Source: the human T2T-CHM13v2.0 reference genome, Homo sapiens
Length of the DNA: 64,000 nt
Direction: 5' to 3' (one strand)
NCBI RefSeq assembly: GCF_009914755.1
Contig: NC_060939.1
Shown: positions 1 through 14,128 of the stretch, one piece after another
Position numbering within the stretch: position 1 is the stretch's first letter
Layout: each line of letters starts with the position of its first letter
Translations under genes and position numbers: made by a program
Notes under the pieces: generated by a model
The model's input: only the letters and a program-made list of their open reading frames with translations
Told to the model about the DNA's origin: nothing
Database searches by the model: none

Positions 1-1148
1 AGTCCATTCCATTCGAGTCCGTTCCATTCCAGTCCATTCCATTCGAGTCAATTCCATTCCATTCGATGTCTTTCCATAACGATCCATTCCATTCTATTCC
101 TTTCGATTCCATTCCATTCTATTTCATTCCATTCGATTCCCTTCCATTGGACTCCTTTCCATTCGAGTGCATTCCATTCCATTCCATTACTTTCCGTTCT
201 GTACGATTCCTACCGTTCGATTTCATTTTGTTCCAGTCCATTCTTTCGCGTCCATTCCATTCCATTTCACTCCATTGGATTCCATTCCACTCGATTCCAC
301 TTCGTTCCATTTCATTGCATTCCATTCTATTCAACTCTATTGCCTTCCATTCCATTCCATTCGATTACATTCCATGCGATTCCATTCGAAATCGAATCAA
401 TTACATTGCAATCCATTACTATTGAGTCCGTTTTATTCCAGTCCACTGCATTCTGGTCCATTCCATTTGATTCCATTCCATTCTATTCCATTCCATACAG
501 TTGCATTCCATTGGATTCCATGCTATATCTATAAATTCAATTCGAGACCATTGCTTTTGAGTCCATTCTATATGATTCCATTCCATTCAAGTCCATTACA
601 TTTGGTTCAATTCCATTCCATTCGGTTCAATTCCATTCCATTCCATTCCCTTCCATTCCATTCCAGTTGATATCAATCCATTCGATTCCATTCCATTCGA
701 GCACATTCCATTCGAGTCCATTCCATTCGATGCCATTCCATTTGATTCTATTCCATTAGTCTCCATTCACTTCCATTAATCTCCATTCCATTCCATTCTA
801 CTCCAACTGATTCCATTCCATTCTATTCCTTTCCATTCCATTTCATTCCATTCCATTCCATTTCATTCCATTCCATTCCATTCCATTCCATTCCATTTGC
901 TTCCATTCCATTCGTGTCCATTGCATTCCAGTCCATTCCATTTGTGTCCACTGCATTCCATTCCACTCCATTCCATATTATTCCATTACACTCCATTCCA
1001 TTCTATTACTTTCATTTCCATTCAATTCCATTCCATTTGATTCCATTCCACTCGGTTTCATTCCATTTGAGTCCACTCCATTCCATTCCATTCAGTTCCA
1101 TTCCATTCTGTTCCATTCCATTCCGTTCCATTGCATTCCATTCCATTC

Positions 1149-1154
1149 GGTACC
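1149..1154. other. KpnI site (GGTACC), once per unit
   Basis: GGTACC at 1149, 2932 and the same position in later units; absent from the truncated 1,314 bp unit (52087-53400). A 1.8 kb KpnI periodicity is the classical property of D15Z1. Confidence 0.9.
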
Positions 1155-1556
1155 ATTCCATATTGTTCCATTCGATTCCATTCGAATCCATTCCATTCCA
1201 GTCCATTCCATTCGATTCCATTCCATTCCTTTCAATTCCATTCCATTCCATTCCATTCCACTTGATTCCACTCCATTCCCTTCCACTGCATTCCATTGCA
1301 TTGCATTCCATTCCATTGGACTGCATTCCATTCGATTCCATTCCATTCGAATCAATTACATAGCAATCCATTACATTCGAGTCTATTCTATTCCGTTCCA
1401 TTCGATTTCGTTCCAATCCATTCGATTCCATTCCATTCGATTCCATTCCATACTATTGCATTCCATTCTATTACATTATATTCGAATAAGTTCCATTCAA
1501 GACCATTTCTTTTGAGTCCATTCTATTTGAGTCCATTCCCTTTGATTCCATAACAT

Positions 1557-4500
1557 TTGAGTCCATTCAATTCCATTCCTTTCGTTTCCATTCCATTTGA
1601 TGCCATTCCATTCAATTCTGTTCTACTCGACTCCAATACATTCAATTCCATTCCATCCGATTCCATTACATTCTTTTCATTTCTTATCCATTTCAAGCCA
1701 TTCCACTCCATTCCACTCCACTCGTTTCCTTTCCATTCGAGTCCATTCCTCTCCAGTCCATTCCGTTCAATCCATTCCATTCCAGTCCATTCCATTCGAG
1801 TCCGTTCCATTCCAGTCCATTCCATTCGAGTCAATTCCATTCCATTCGATGTCTTTCCATAACGATCCATTCCATTCTATTCCTTTCGATTCCATTCCAT
1901 TCTATTTCATTCCATTCGATTCCCTTCCATTGGACTCCTTTCCATTCGAGTGCATTCCATTCCGTTCCATTTCTTCCCGTTCTGTACGATTCCTACCGTT
2001 CGATTTCATTTTGTTCCAGTCCATTCTTTCGCGTCCATTCCATTCCATTTCACTCCATTCGATTCCATTCCACTCGATTCCACTTCGTTCCATTTCATTG
2101 CATTCCATTCTATTCAACTCTATTGCCTTCCATTCCATTCCATTCGATTACATTCCATGCGATTCCATTCGAAATCGAATCAATTACATTGCAATCCATT
2201 ACTATTGAGTCCGTTTTATTCCAGTCCACTGCATTCTGGTCCATTCCATTTGATTCCATTCCATTCTATTCCATTCCATACAGTTGCATTCCATTGGATT
2301 CCATGCTATATCTATAAATTCAATTCGAGACCATTGCTTTTGAGTCCATTCTATATGATTCCATTCCATTCAACTCCATTACATTTGGTTAAATTCCATT
2401 CCATTAGGGTCAATTCCATTCCATTCCATTCCCTTCCATTCCATTCCAGTTCATATCAATCCATTCGATTCCATTCCATTCGAGCACATTCCATTCGAGT
2501 CCATTCCATTCGATGCCATTCCATTTGATTCTATTCCATTAGTCTCCATTCAATTCCATTAATCTCCATTCCATTCCATTCTACTCCAACTGATTCCATT
2601 CCATTCTATTCCTTTCCATTCCATTTCATTCCATTCCATTCCATTCCGTTCCATTCCATTCGTGTCCATTCCACTCCAGTCCATTCCATTCGTATCCATT
2701 CCATTCCAGTCCATTCCATTTGTGTCCACTGCATTCCATTCCACTCCATTCCATATTATTCCATTACACTCCATTCCATTCTATTACTTTCATTTCCATT
2801 CAATTCCATTCCATTTGATTCCATTCCACTCGGTTTCATTCCATTTGAGTCCACTCCATTCCATTCCATTCCATTCAGTTCCATTCCATTCTGTTCCATT
2901 CCATTCCGTTCCATTACATTCCATTCCATTCGGTACCATTCCATATTGTTCCATTCGATTCCATTCGAATCCATTCCATTCCAGTCCATTCCATTCGATT
3001 CCATTCCATTCATTTCAATTCCATTCCATTCCATTCCATTCCATTCCACTTGATTCCTCTCCATTCCCTTCCACTGCATTCCGTTCGATTCCATTCCATT
3101 GCATTGCATTCCATTCCATTGGATTGCATTCCATTCGATTCCATTCCATTCGAATCAATTACATAGCAATCCATTACATTCGAGTCTATTCTATTCCGTT
3201 CCATTCGATTTCGTTCCAATCCATTCGATTCCATTCCATTCGATTCCATTCCATACTATTGCATTCCATTCGATTACATTATATTCGAATAAGTTCCATT
3301 CAAGACCATTTCTTTTGAGTCCATTCTATTTGAGTCCATTCCCTTTGATTCCATAACATTTGAGTCCATTCAATTCCATTCCTTTCGTTTCCATTCCATT
3401 TGATGCCATTCCATTCAATTCTGTTCTACTCGACTCCAATACATTCAATTCCATTCCATCCGATTCCATTACATTCTTTTCATTTCTTATCCATTTCAAG
3501 CCATTCCACTCCATTCCATTCCACTCGTTTCCTTTCCATTCGAGTCCATTCCTCTCCAGTCCATTCCGTTCAATCCATTCCATTCCAGTCCATTCCATTC
3601 GAGTCCGTTCCATTCCAGTCCATTCCATTCGAGTCAATTCCATCCCATTCGATGTCTTTCCATAACGATCCATTCCATTCTATTCCTTTCAATTCCATTC
3701 CATTCTATTTCATTCCATTCGATTCCCTTCCATTGGACTCCTTTCCATTCGAGTGCATTCCATTCCGTTCCATTTCTTTCCGTTCTGTACGATTCCTACC
3801 GTTCGATTTCATTTTGTTCCAGTCCATTCCTTTCGCGTCCATTCCATTCCATTTCACTCCATTCGATTCCATTCCACTCGATTCCACTTCGTTCCATTTC
3901 ATTGCATTCCATTCTATTCAACTCTATTGCCTTCCATTCCATTCCATTCGATTACATTCCATGCGATTCCATTCGAAATCGAATCGATTACATTGCAATC
4001 CATTACTATTGAGTCCGTTTTATTCCAGTCCACTGCATTCTGGTCCATTCCATTTGATTCCATTCCATTCTATTCCATTCCATACAGTTGCATTCCATTG
4101 GATTCCATTCTATATCTATAAATTCAATTCGAGACCATTGCTTTTGAGTCCATTCTATATGATTCCATTCCATTCAAGTCCATTACATTTGGTTCAATTC
4201 CATTCCATTCCATTCCTTTCCATTCCATTCCATTTGATATCAATCCATTCGATTCCATTCCATTCGAGCACATTCCATTCGAGTCCATTCCATTCGATGC
4301 CATTCCATTTGATTCTATTCCATTAGTCTCCATTCAATTCCATTAATCTCCATTCCATTCCATTCTACACCAACTGATTCCATTCCATTCTATTCCTTTC
4401 CATTCCATTTCATTCCATTCCATTCCATTCCATTCCATTCCATTCGTGTCCATTCCACTCCAGTCCATTCCATTCGTGTCCATTCCGTTCCAGTCCATTC

Positions 4501-7500
4501 CATTTGTGTCCACTGCATTCCATTCCACTCCATTCCATATTATTCCATTACACTCCATTCCATTCTATTACTTTCATTTCCATTCAATTCCATTCCATTT
4601 GATTCCATTCCACTCGGTTTCATTCCATTTGAGTCCACTCCATTCCATTCCATTCCATTCCATTCAGTTCCATTCCATTCTGTTCCATTCCATTCCGTTC
4701 CATTACATTCCATTCCATTCGGTACCATTCCATATTGTTCCATTCGATTCCATTCGAATCCATTCCATTCCAGTCCATTCCATTCGATTCCATTCCATTC
4801 ATTTCAATTCCATTCCATTCCATTCCATTACATTCCACTTGATTCCTCTCCATTCCCTTCCACTGCATTCCGTTCGATTCCATTCCATTGCATTGCATTC
4901 CATTCCATTGGATTGCATTCCATTCGATTCCATTCCATTCGAATCTATTACATAGCAATCCATTACATTCGAGTCTATTCTATTCCGTTCCATTCGATTT
5001 CGTTCCAATCCATTCGATTCCATTCCATTCGGTTCCATTCCATACTATTGCATTCCATTCGATTACATTATATTCGAATAAGTTCCATTCAAGACCATTT
5101 CTTTTGAGTCCATTCTATTTGAGTCCATTCCCTTTGATTCCATAACATTTGAGTCCATTCAATTCCATTCCTTTCGTTTCCATTCCATTTGATGCCATTC
5201 CATTCAATTCTGTTCTACTCGACTCCAATACATTGAATTCCATTCCATCCGATTCCATTACATTCTTTTCATTTCTTATCCATTTCAAGCCATTCCACTC
5301 CATTCCATTCCACTCGTTTCCTTTCCATTCGAGTCCATTCCGTTCAATCCATTCCATTCCAGTCCATTCCATTCGAGTCCGTTCCATTCCAGTCCATTCC
5401 ATTCGAGTCAACTCCATCCCATTCGATGTCTTTCCATAACGATCCATTCCATTCTATTCCTTTCAATTCCATTTCATTCTATTTCATTCCATTCGATTCC
5501 CTTCCATTGGACTCCTTTCCATTCGAGTGCATTCCATTCCGTTCCATTTCTTTCCGTTCTGTACGATTCCTACCGTTCGATTTCATTTTGTTCCAGTCCA
5601 TTCCTTTCGCGTCCATTCCATTCCATTTGACTCCATTCGATTCCATTCCACTCGATTCCACTTCGTTCCATTTCATTGCATTCCATTCTATTCAACTCTA
5701 TTGCCTTCCATTCCATTCCATTCGATTACATTCCATGCGATTCCATTCGAAATCGAATCAATTACATTGCAATCCATTACAATTGAGTCCGTTTTATTCC
5801 AGTCCACTGCATTCTGGTCCATTCCATTTGATTCCATTCCATTCTATTCCATTCCATACAGTTGCATTCCTTTGGATTCCATGCTATATCTATAAATTCA
5901 ATTCGAGACCATTGCTTTTGAGTCCATTCTATATGATTCCATTCCATTCAAGTCCATTACATTTGGTTCAATTCCATTCCATTCCATTCCCTTCCATTCC
6001 ATTCCAGTTGATATCAATCCATTCGATTCCATTCCATTCGAGCACATTCCATTTGATTCCATTCCATTCGATGCCATTCCATTTGATTCTATTCCATTAG
6101 TCTCCATTCAATTCCATTAATCTCCATTCCATTCCATTCTACTCCAACTGATTCCATTCCATTCTATTCCTTTACATTCCATTTCATTCCATTCCATTCC
6201 ATTTCATTCCATTCCATTCCATTCGCTTCCATTCCATTCGTGTCCATTCCACTCCAGTCCATTCCATTCGTGTCCATTCCATTCCAGTCCATTCCATTTG
6301 TGTCCACTGCATTCCATTCCACTCCATTCCATATTATTCCATTACACTCCATTCCATTCTATTACTTTCATTTCCATTCAATTCCATTCCATTTGATTCC
6401 ATTCCACTCGGTTTCATTCCATTTGAGTCCACTCCATTCCATTCCATTCCATTCCATTCAGTTCCATTCCATTCTGTTCCATTCCATTCCGTTCCATTGC
6501 ATTCCATTCCATTCGGTACCATTCCATATTGTTCCATTCGATTCCATTCGAATCCATTCCATTCCAGTCCATTCCATTCGATTCCATTCCATTCCTTTCA
6601 ATTCCATTCCATTCCATTCCATTCCACTTGATTCCACTCCATTCCCTTCCACTGCATTCCATTCGATTCCATTCCATTGCATTGCATTCCATTCCATTGG
6701 ACTGCATTCCATTCGATTCCATTCCATTCGAATCAATTACATAGCAATCCATTACATTCGAGTCTATTCTATTCCGTTCCATTCGATTTCGTTCCAATCC
6801 ATTCGATTCCATTCCATTCGATTCCATTCCATACTATTGCATTCCATTCGATTACATTATATTCGAATAAGTTCCATTCAAGACCATTTCTTTTGAGTCC
6901 ATTCTATTTGAGTCCATTCCCTTTGATTCCATAACATTTGAGTCCATTCAATTCCATTCCTTTCGTTTCCATTCCATTTGATGCCATTCCATTCAATTCT
7001 GTTCTACTCGACTCCAATACATTCAATTCCATTCCATCCGATTCCATTACATTCTTTTCATTTCTTATCCATTTCAAGCCATTCCACTCCATTCCATTCC
7101 ACTCGTTTCCTTTCCATTCGAGTCAATTCCTCTCCAGTCCATTCCGTTCAATCCATTCCATTCCAGTCCATTCCATTCGAGTCCGTTCCATTCCAGTCCA
7201 CTCCATTCGAGTCAATTCCATTCCATTCGATGTCTTTCCATAACGATCCATTCCATTCTATTCCTTTCGATTCCATTCCATTCTATTTCATTCCATTCGA
7301 TTCCCTTCCATTGGACTCCTTTCCATTCGAGTGCATTCCATTCCGTTCCATTTCTTTCCGTTCTGTACGATTCCTACCGTTCGATTTCATTTTGTTCCAG
7401 TCCATTCCTTTCGCGTCCATTCCATTCCATTTCACTCCATTCGATTCCATTCCACTCGATTCCACTTCGTTCCATTTCATTGCATTCCATTCTATTCAAC

Positions 7501-10500
7501 TCTATTGCCTTCCATTCCATTCCATTCGATTACATTCCATGCGATTCCATTCGAAATCGAATCAATTACATTGCAATCCATTACTATTGAGTCCGTTTTA
7601 TTCCAGTCCACTGCATTCTGGTCCATTCCATTTGATTCCATTCCATTCTATTCCATTCCATACAGTTGCATTCCATTCGATTCCATGCTATATCTATAAA
7701 TTCAATTCGAGACCATTGCTTTTGAGTCCATTCTATATGATTCCATTCCATTCAAGTCCATTACATTTGGTTCAATTCCATTCCATTCCATTCCCTTCCA
7801 TTCCATTCCAGTTGATATCAATCCATTCGATTCCATTCCATTCGAGCACATTCCATTCGAGTCCATTCCATTCGATGCCATTCCATTTGATTCTATTCCA
7901 TTAGTCTCCATTCAATTCCATTAATCTCCATTCCATTCCATTCTACTCCAACTGATTCCATTCCATTCTATTCCTTTCCATTCCATTTCATTCCATTCCA
8001 TTCCATTTCATTCCATTCCATTCCATTCGTGTCCATTCCACTCCAGTCCATTCCATTCGTGTCCATTCCATTCCAGTCCATTCCATTTGTGTCCACTGCA
8101 TTCCATTCCACTCCATTCCATATTATTCCATTATACTCCATTCCATTCTATTACTTTCATTTCCATTCAATTCCATTCCATTTGATTCCATTCCACTCGG
8201 TTTCATTCCATTTGAGTCCACTCCATTCCATTCCATTCCATTCCATTCCATTCCATTCAGTTCCATTCCATTCTGTTCCATTCCATTCCGTTCCATTACA
8301 TTCCATTCCATTCGGTACCATTCCATATTGTTCCATTCGATTCCATTCGAATCCATTCCATTCCAGTCCATTCCATTCGATTCCATTCCATTCATTTCAA
8401 TTCCATTCCATTCCATTCCATTACATTCCACTTGATTCCTCTCCATTCCCTTCCACTGCATTCCGTTCGATTCCATTCCATTGCATTGCATTCCATTCCA
8501 TTGGATTGCATTCCATTCGATTCCATTCCATTCGAATCAATTACATAGCAATCCATTACATTCGAGTCTATTCTATTCCGTTCCATTCGATTTCGTTCCA
8601 ATCCATTCGATTCCATTCCATTCGACTCCATTCCATACTATTGCATTCCATTCTATTACATTATATTCGAATAAGTTCCATTCAAGACCATTTCTTTTGA
8701 GTCCATTCTATTTGAGTCCATTCCCTTTGATTCCATAACATTTGAGTCCATTCAATTCCATTCCTTTCGTTTCCATTCCATTTGATGCCATTCCATTCAA
8801 TTCTGTTCTACTCGACTCCAATACATTCAATTCCATTCCATCTGATTCCATTCCATTCTTTTCATTTCTTATCCATTTCAAGCCATTCCACTCCATTCCA
8901 TTCCACTCGTTTCCTTTCCATTCGAGTCCATTCCTCTCCAGTCCATTCCGTTCAATCCATTCCATTCCAGTCCATTCCATTCGAGTCCGTTCCATTCCAG
9001 TCCACTCCATTCGAGTCAATTCCATCCCATTCGATGTCTTTCCATAACGATCCATTCCATTCTATTCCTTTCGATTCCATTCCATTCTATTTCATTCCAT
9101 TCGATTCCCTTCCATTGGACTCCTTTCCATTCGAGTGCATTCCATTCCGTTCCATTTCTTTCCGTTCTGTACGATTCCTACCGTTCGATTTCATTTTGTT
9201 CCAGTCCATTCCTTTCGCGTCCATTCCATTCCATTTCACTCCATTCGATTCCATTCCACTCGATTCCACTTCGTTCCATTTCATTGCATTCCATTCTATT
9301 CAACTCTATTGCCTTCCATTCCATTCCATTCGATTACATTCCATGCGATTCCATTCGAAATCGAATCAATTACATTGCAATCCATTACTATTGAGTCCAT
9401 TTTATTCCAGTCCACTGCATTCTGGTCCATTCCATTTGATTCCATTCCATTCTATTCCATTCCATACAGTTGCATTCCATTGGATTCCATTCTATATCTA
9501 TAAATTCAATTCTAGACCATTGCTTTTGAATCCATTCTATATGATTCCATTCCATTCAAGTCCATTACATTTGGTTCAATTCCATTCCATTCCATTCCCT
9601 TCCATTCCATTCCAGTTGATATCAATCCATTCGATTCCATTCCATTCGAGCACATTCCATTTGAGTCCATTCCATTCGATGCCATTCCATTTGATTCTAT
9701 TCCATTAGTCTCCATTCAATTCCATTAATCTCCATTCCATTCCATTCTACTCCAACTGATTCCATTCCATTCTATTCCTTTCCATTCCATTTCATTCCAT
9801 TCCATTCCATTTCATTCCATTCCATTCCATTTCATTCCATTCCATTCCATTCCATTCCATTCGCTTCCATTCCATTCGTCTCCATTCCATTCCTGTCCAT
9901 TCCATTTGTGTCCACTGCATTCCATTCCACTCCATTCCATATTATTCCATTACACTCCATTCCATTCTATTACTTTCATTTCCATTCAATTCCATTCCAT
10001 TTGATTCCATTCCACTCGGTTTCATTCCATTTGAGTCCACTCCATTCCATTCCATTCCATTCCATTCAGTTCCATTCCATTCTGTTCCATTCCATTCCGT
10101 TCCATTGCATTCCATTCCATTCGGTACCATTCCATATTGTTCCATTCGATTCCATTCGAATCCATTCCATTCCAGTCCATTCCATTCGATTCCATTCCAT
10201 TCCTTTCAATTCCATTCCATTCCATTCCATTCCACTTGATTCCACTCCATTCCCTTCCACTGCATTCCATTCGATTCCATTCCATTGCATTGCATTCCAT
10301 TCCATTGGACTGCATTCCATTCGATTCCATTCCATTCGAATCAATTACATAGCAATCCATTACATTCGAGTCTATTCTATTCCGTTCCATTCGATTTCGT
10401 TCCAATCCATTCGATTCCATTCCATTCGATTCCATTCCATACTATTGCATTCCATTCTATTACATTATATTCGAATAAGTTCCATTCAAGACCATTTCTT

Positions 10501-13500
10501 TTGAGTCCATTCTATTTGAGTCCATTCCCTTTGATTCCATAACATTTGAGTCCATTCAATTCCATTCCTTTCGTTTCCATTCCATTTGATGCCATTCCAT
10601 TCAATTCTGTTCTACTCGACTCCAATACATTCAGTTCCATTCCATCCGATTCCATTACATTCTTTTCATTTCTTATCCATTTCAAGCCATTCCACTCCAT
10701 TCCATTCCACTCGTTTCCTTTCCATTCGAGTCCATTCCTCTCCAGTCCATTCCGTTCAATCCATTCCATTCCAGTCCATTCCATTCGAGTCCGTTCCATT
10801 CCAGTCCATTCCATTCGAGTCAATTCCATTCCATTCGATGTCTTTCCATAACGATCCATTCCATTCTATTCCTTTCGATTCCATTCCATTCTATTTCATT
10901 CCATTCGATTCCCTTCCATTGGACTCCTTTCCATTCGAGTGCATTCCATTCCGTTCCATATCTTTCCGTTCTGTACGATTCCTACCGTTCGATTTCATTT
11001 TGTTCCAGTCCATTCCTTTCGCGTCCATTCCATTCCATTTCACTCCATTCGATTCCATTCCACTCGATTCCACTTCGTTCCATTTCATTGCATTCCATTC
11101 TATTCAACTCTATTGCCTTCCATTCCATTCCATTCGATTACATTCCATGCGATTCCATTCGAAATCGAATCAATTACATTGCAATCCATTACTATTGAGT
11201 CCGTTTTATTCCAGTCCACTGCATTCTGTTCCATTCCATTTGATTCCATTCCATTCTATTCCATTCCATACTGTTGCATTCCATTGGATTCCATGCTATA
11301 TCTATAAATTCAATTCGAGACCATTGCTTTTGAGTCCATTCTATATGATTCCATTCCATTCAAGTCCATTACATTTGGTTCAATTCCATTCCATTCCACT
11401 CCCTTCCATTCCATTCCATTTGATATCAATCCATTCGATTCCATTACATTCGAGCACATTCCATTCGAGTCCATTCCATTCGAGTCCATTCCATTCGATG
11501 CCATTCCATTTGATTCTATTCCATTAGTCTCCATTCAATTCCATTAATCTCCATTCCATTCCATTCTACTTCAACTGATTCCATTCCATTCTATTCCTTT
11601 CCATTCCATTTCATTCCATTCCATTCCATTCCATTCCATTCCATTCCATTCCATTCCATTCGTGTCCATTCCACTCCAGTCCATTCCATTCGTGTCCATT
11701 CCATTCCAGTCCATTCCATTTGTGTCCACTGCATTCCATTCCACTCCATTCCATATTATTCCATTACACTCCATTCCATTCTATCACTTTCATTTCCATT
11801 CAATTCCATTCCATTTGATTCCATTCCACTCGGTTTCATTCCATTTGAGTCCACTCCATTCCATTCCATTGCATTCCATTCAGTTCCATTCCATTCTGTT
11901 CCATTCCATTCCGTTCCATTACATTCCATTCCATTCGGTACCATTCCATATTGTTCCATTCGATTCCATTCGAATCCATTCCATTCCAGTCCATTCCATT
12001 CGATTCCATTCCATTCATTTCAATTCCATTCCATTCCATTCCATTACATTCCACTTGATTCCTCTCCATTCCCTTCCACTGCATTCCGTTCGATTCCATT
12101 CCATTGCATTGCATTCCATTCCATTGGATTGCATTCCATTCGATTCCATTCCATTCGAATCAATTACATAGCAATCCATTACATTCGAGTCTATTCTATT
12201 CCGTTCCATTCGATTTCGTTCCAATCCATTCGATTCCATTCCATTCGATTCCATTCCATACTATTGCATTCCATTCGATTACATTATATTCGAATAAGTT
12301 CCATTCAAGACCATTTCTTTTGAGTCCATTCTATTTGAGTCCATTCCCTTTGATTCCATAACATTTGAGTCCATTCAATTCCATTCCTTTCGTTTCCATT
12401 CCATTTGATGCCATTCCATTCAATTCTGTTCTACTCGACTCCAATACACTCAATTCCATTCCATCCGATTCCATTACATTCTTTTCATTTCTTATCCATT
12501 TCAAGCCATTCCACTCCATTCCATTCCACTCGTTTCCTTTCCATTCGAGTCCATTCCTCTCCAGTCCATTCCGTTCAATCCATTCCATTCCAGTCCATTC
12601 CATTCGAGTCCGTTCCATTCCAGTCCATTCCATTCGAGTCAATTCCATTCCATTCGATGTCTTTCCATAACGATCCATTCCATTCTATTCCTTTCGATTC
12701 CATTCCATTCTATTTCATTCCATTCGATTCCCTTCCATTGGACTCCTTTCCATTCGAGTGCATTCCATTCCTTTCCATTTCTTTCCGTTCTGTACGATTC
12801 CTACCGTTCGATTTCATTTTGTTCCAGTCCATTCCTTTCGCGTCCATTCCATTCCATTTCACTCCATTCGATTCCATTCCACTCGATTCCACTTCGTTCC
12901 ATTTCATTGCATTCCATTCTATTCAACTCTATTGCCTTCCATTCCATTCCATTCGATTACATTCCATGCGATTCCATTCGAAATCGAATCAATTACATTG
13001 CAATCCATTACTATTGAGTCCGTTTTATTCCAGTCCACTGCATTCTGGTCCATTCCATTTGATTCCATTCCATTCTATTCCATTCCATACAGTTGCATTC
13101 CATTGGATTCCATGCTATATCTATAAATTCAATTCGAGACCATTGCTTTTGAGTCCATTCTATATGATTCCATTCCATTCAAGTCCATTACATTTGGTTA
13201 AATTCCATTCCATTCCATTCCCTTCCGTTCCATTCCAGTTGATATCAATCCATTCGATTCCATTCCATTCGAGCACATTCCATTCGAGTCCATTCCATTC
13301 GATGCCATTCCATTTGATTCTATTCCATTAGTCTCCATTCACTTCCATTAATCTCCATTCCATTCCATTCTACTCCAACTGATTTCATTCCATTCTATTC
13401 CTTTCCATTCCATTTCATTCCATTCCATTCCATTTCATTCCATTCCATTCCATTCCATTCCATTCCATTTGCTTCCATTCCATTCGTGTCCATTGCATTC

Positions 13501-14128
13501 CAGTCCATTCCATTTGTGTCCACTGCATTCCATTCCACTCCATTCCATATTATTCCATTACACTCCATTCCATTCTATTACTTTCATTTCCATTCAATTC
13601 CATTCCATTTGATTCCATTCCACTCGGTTTCATTCCATTTGAGTCCACTCCATTCCATTCCATTCAGTTCCATTCCATTCTGTTCCATTCCATTCCGTTC
13701 CATTGCATTCCATTCCATTCGGTACCATTCCATATTGTTCCATTCGATTCCATTCGAATCCATTCCATTCCAGTCCATTCCATTCGATTCCATTCCATTC
13801 CTTTCAATTCCATTCCATTCCATTCCATTCCACTTGATTCCACTCCATTCCCTTCCACTGCATTCCATTGCATTGCATTCCATTCCATTGGACTGCATTC
13901 CATTCGATTCCATTCCATTCGAATCAATTACATAGCAATCCATTACATTCGAGTCTATTCTATTCCGTTCCATTCGATTTCGTTCCAATCCATTCGATTC
14001 CATTCCATTCGATTCCATTCCATACTATTGCATTCCATTCTATTACATTATATTCGAATAAGTTCCATTCAAGACCATTTCTTTTGAGTCCATTCTATTT
14101 GAGTCCATTCCCTTTGATTCCATAACAT
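1557..14128 (+). repeat. 7-unit higher-order repeat A-B-C-D-E-F-G (12,572 bp)
   Basis: Private variants recur at +12,572: TTAGGG at 2404 and 14976; short G-type 3' end at 914 and 13486. Unit-type markers: A TAGGGTCAATT, B CTACACCAAC, C GAATTC (5235), D GAGTCAATTCCTCTCC, E TCTAGA (9511), F ACATTCAGTTCC plus an extra 15-mer, G ACACTCAATT. Confidence 0.85.
3360..5148 (+). repeat. Representative 1,789 bp repeat unit (U2)
   Basis: Landmark-to-landmark interval. It carries the once-per-unit motifs CCATAACGATCC, CTGTACGATTCCTACCG, TTCGCGTCC, CGAAATCGAATC, TATATCTATAAATTC, GATATC, GAGCAC, GGTACC and CGAATAAGTTCC. Confidence 0.95.

Noticed and set aside
520-540. TATA-like element TATATCTATAAATT once per unit
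   Set aside because: An AT-rich diverged pentamer pair homologous to TATATTCGAATAAGTT in the other half of the unit; there is no other promoter evidence.
1481-1495. Heat-shock element around TTCGAATAAGTTCC
   Set aside because: The spacing does not fit the alternating nGAAn/nTTCn pattern of a canonical HSE.
2404-2409. TTAGGG as an interstitial telomere
   Set aside because: It is a single hexamer explained by substitutions in a duplicated TTCGGT 15-mer; there is no tandem run.
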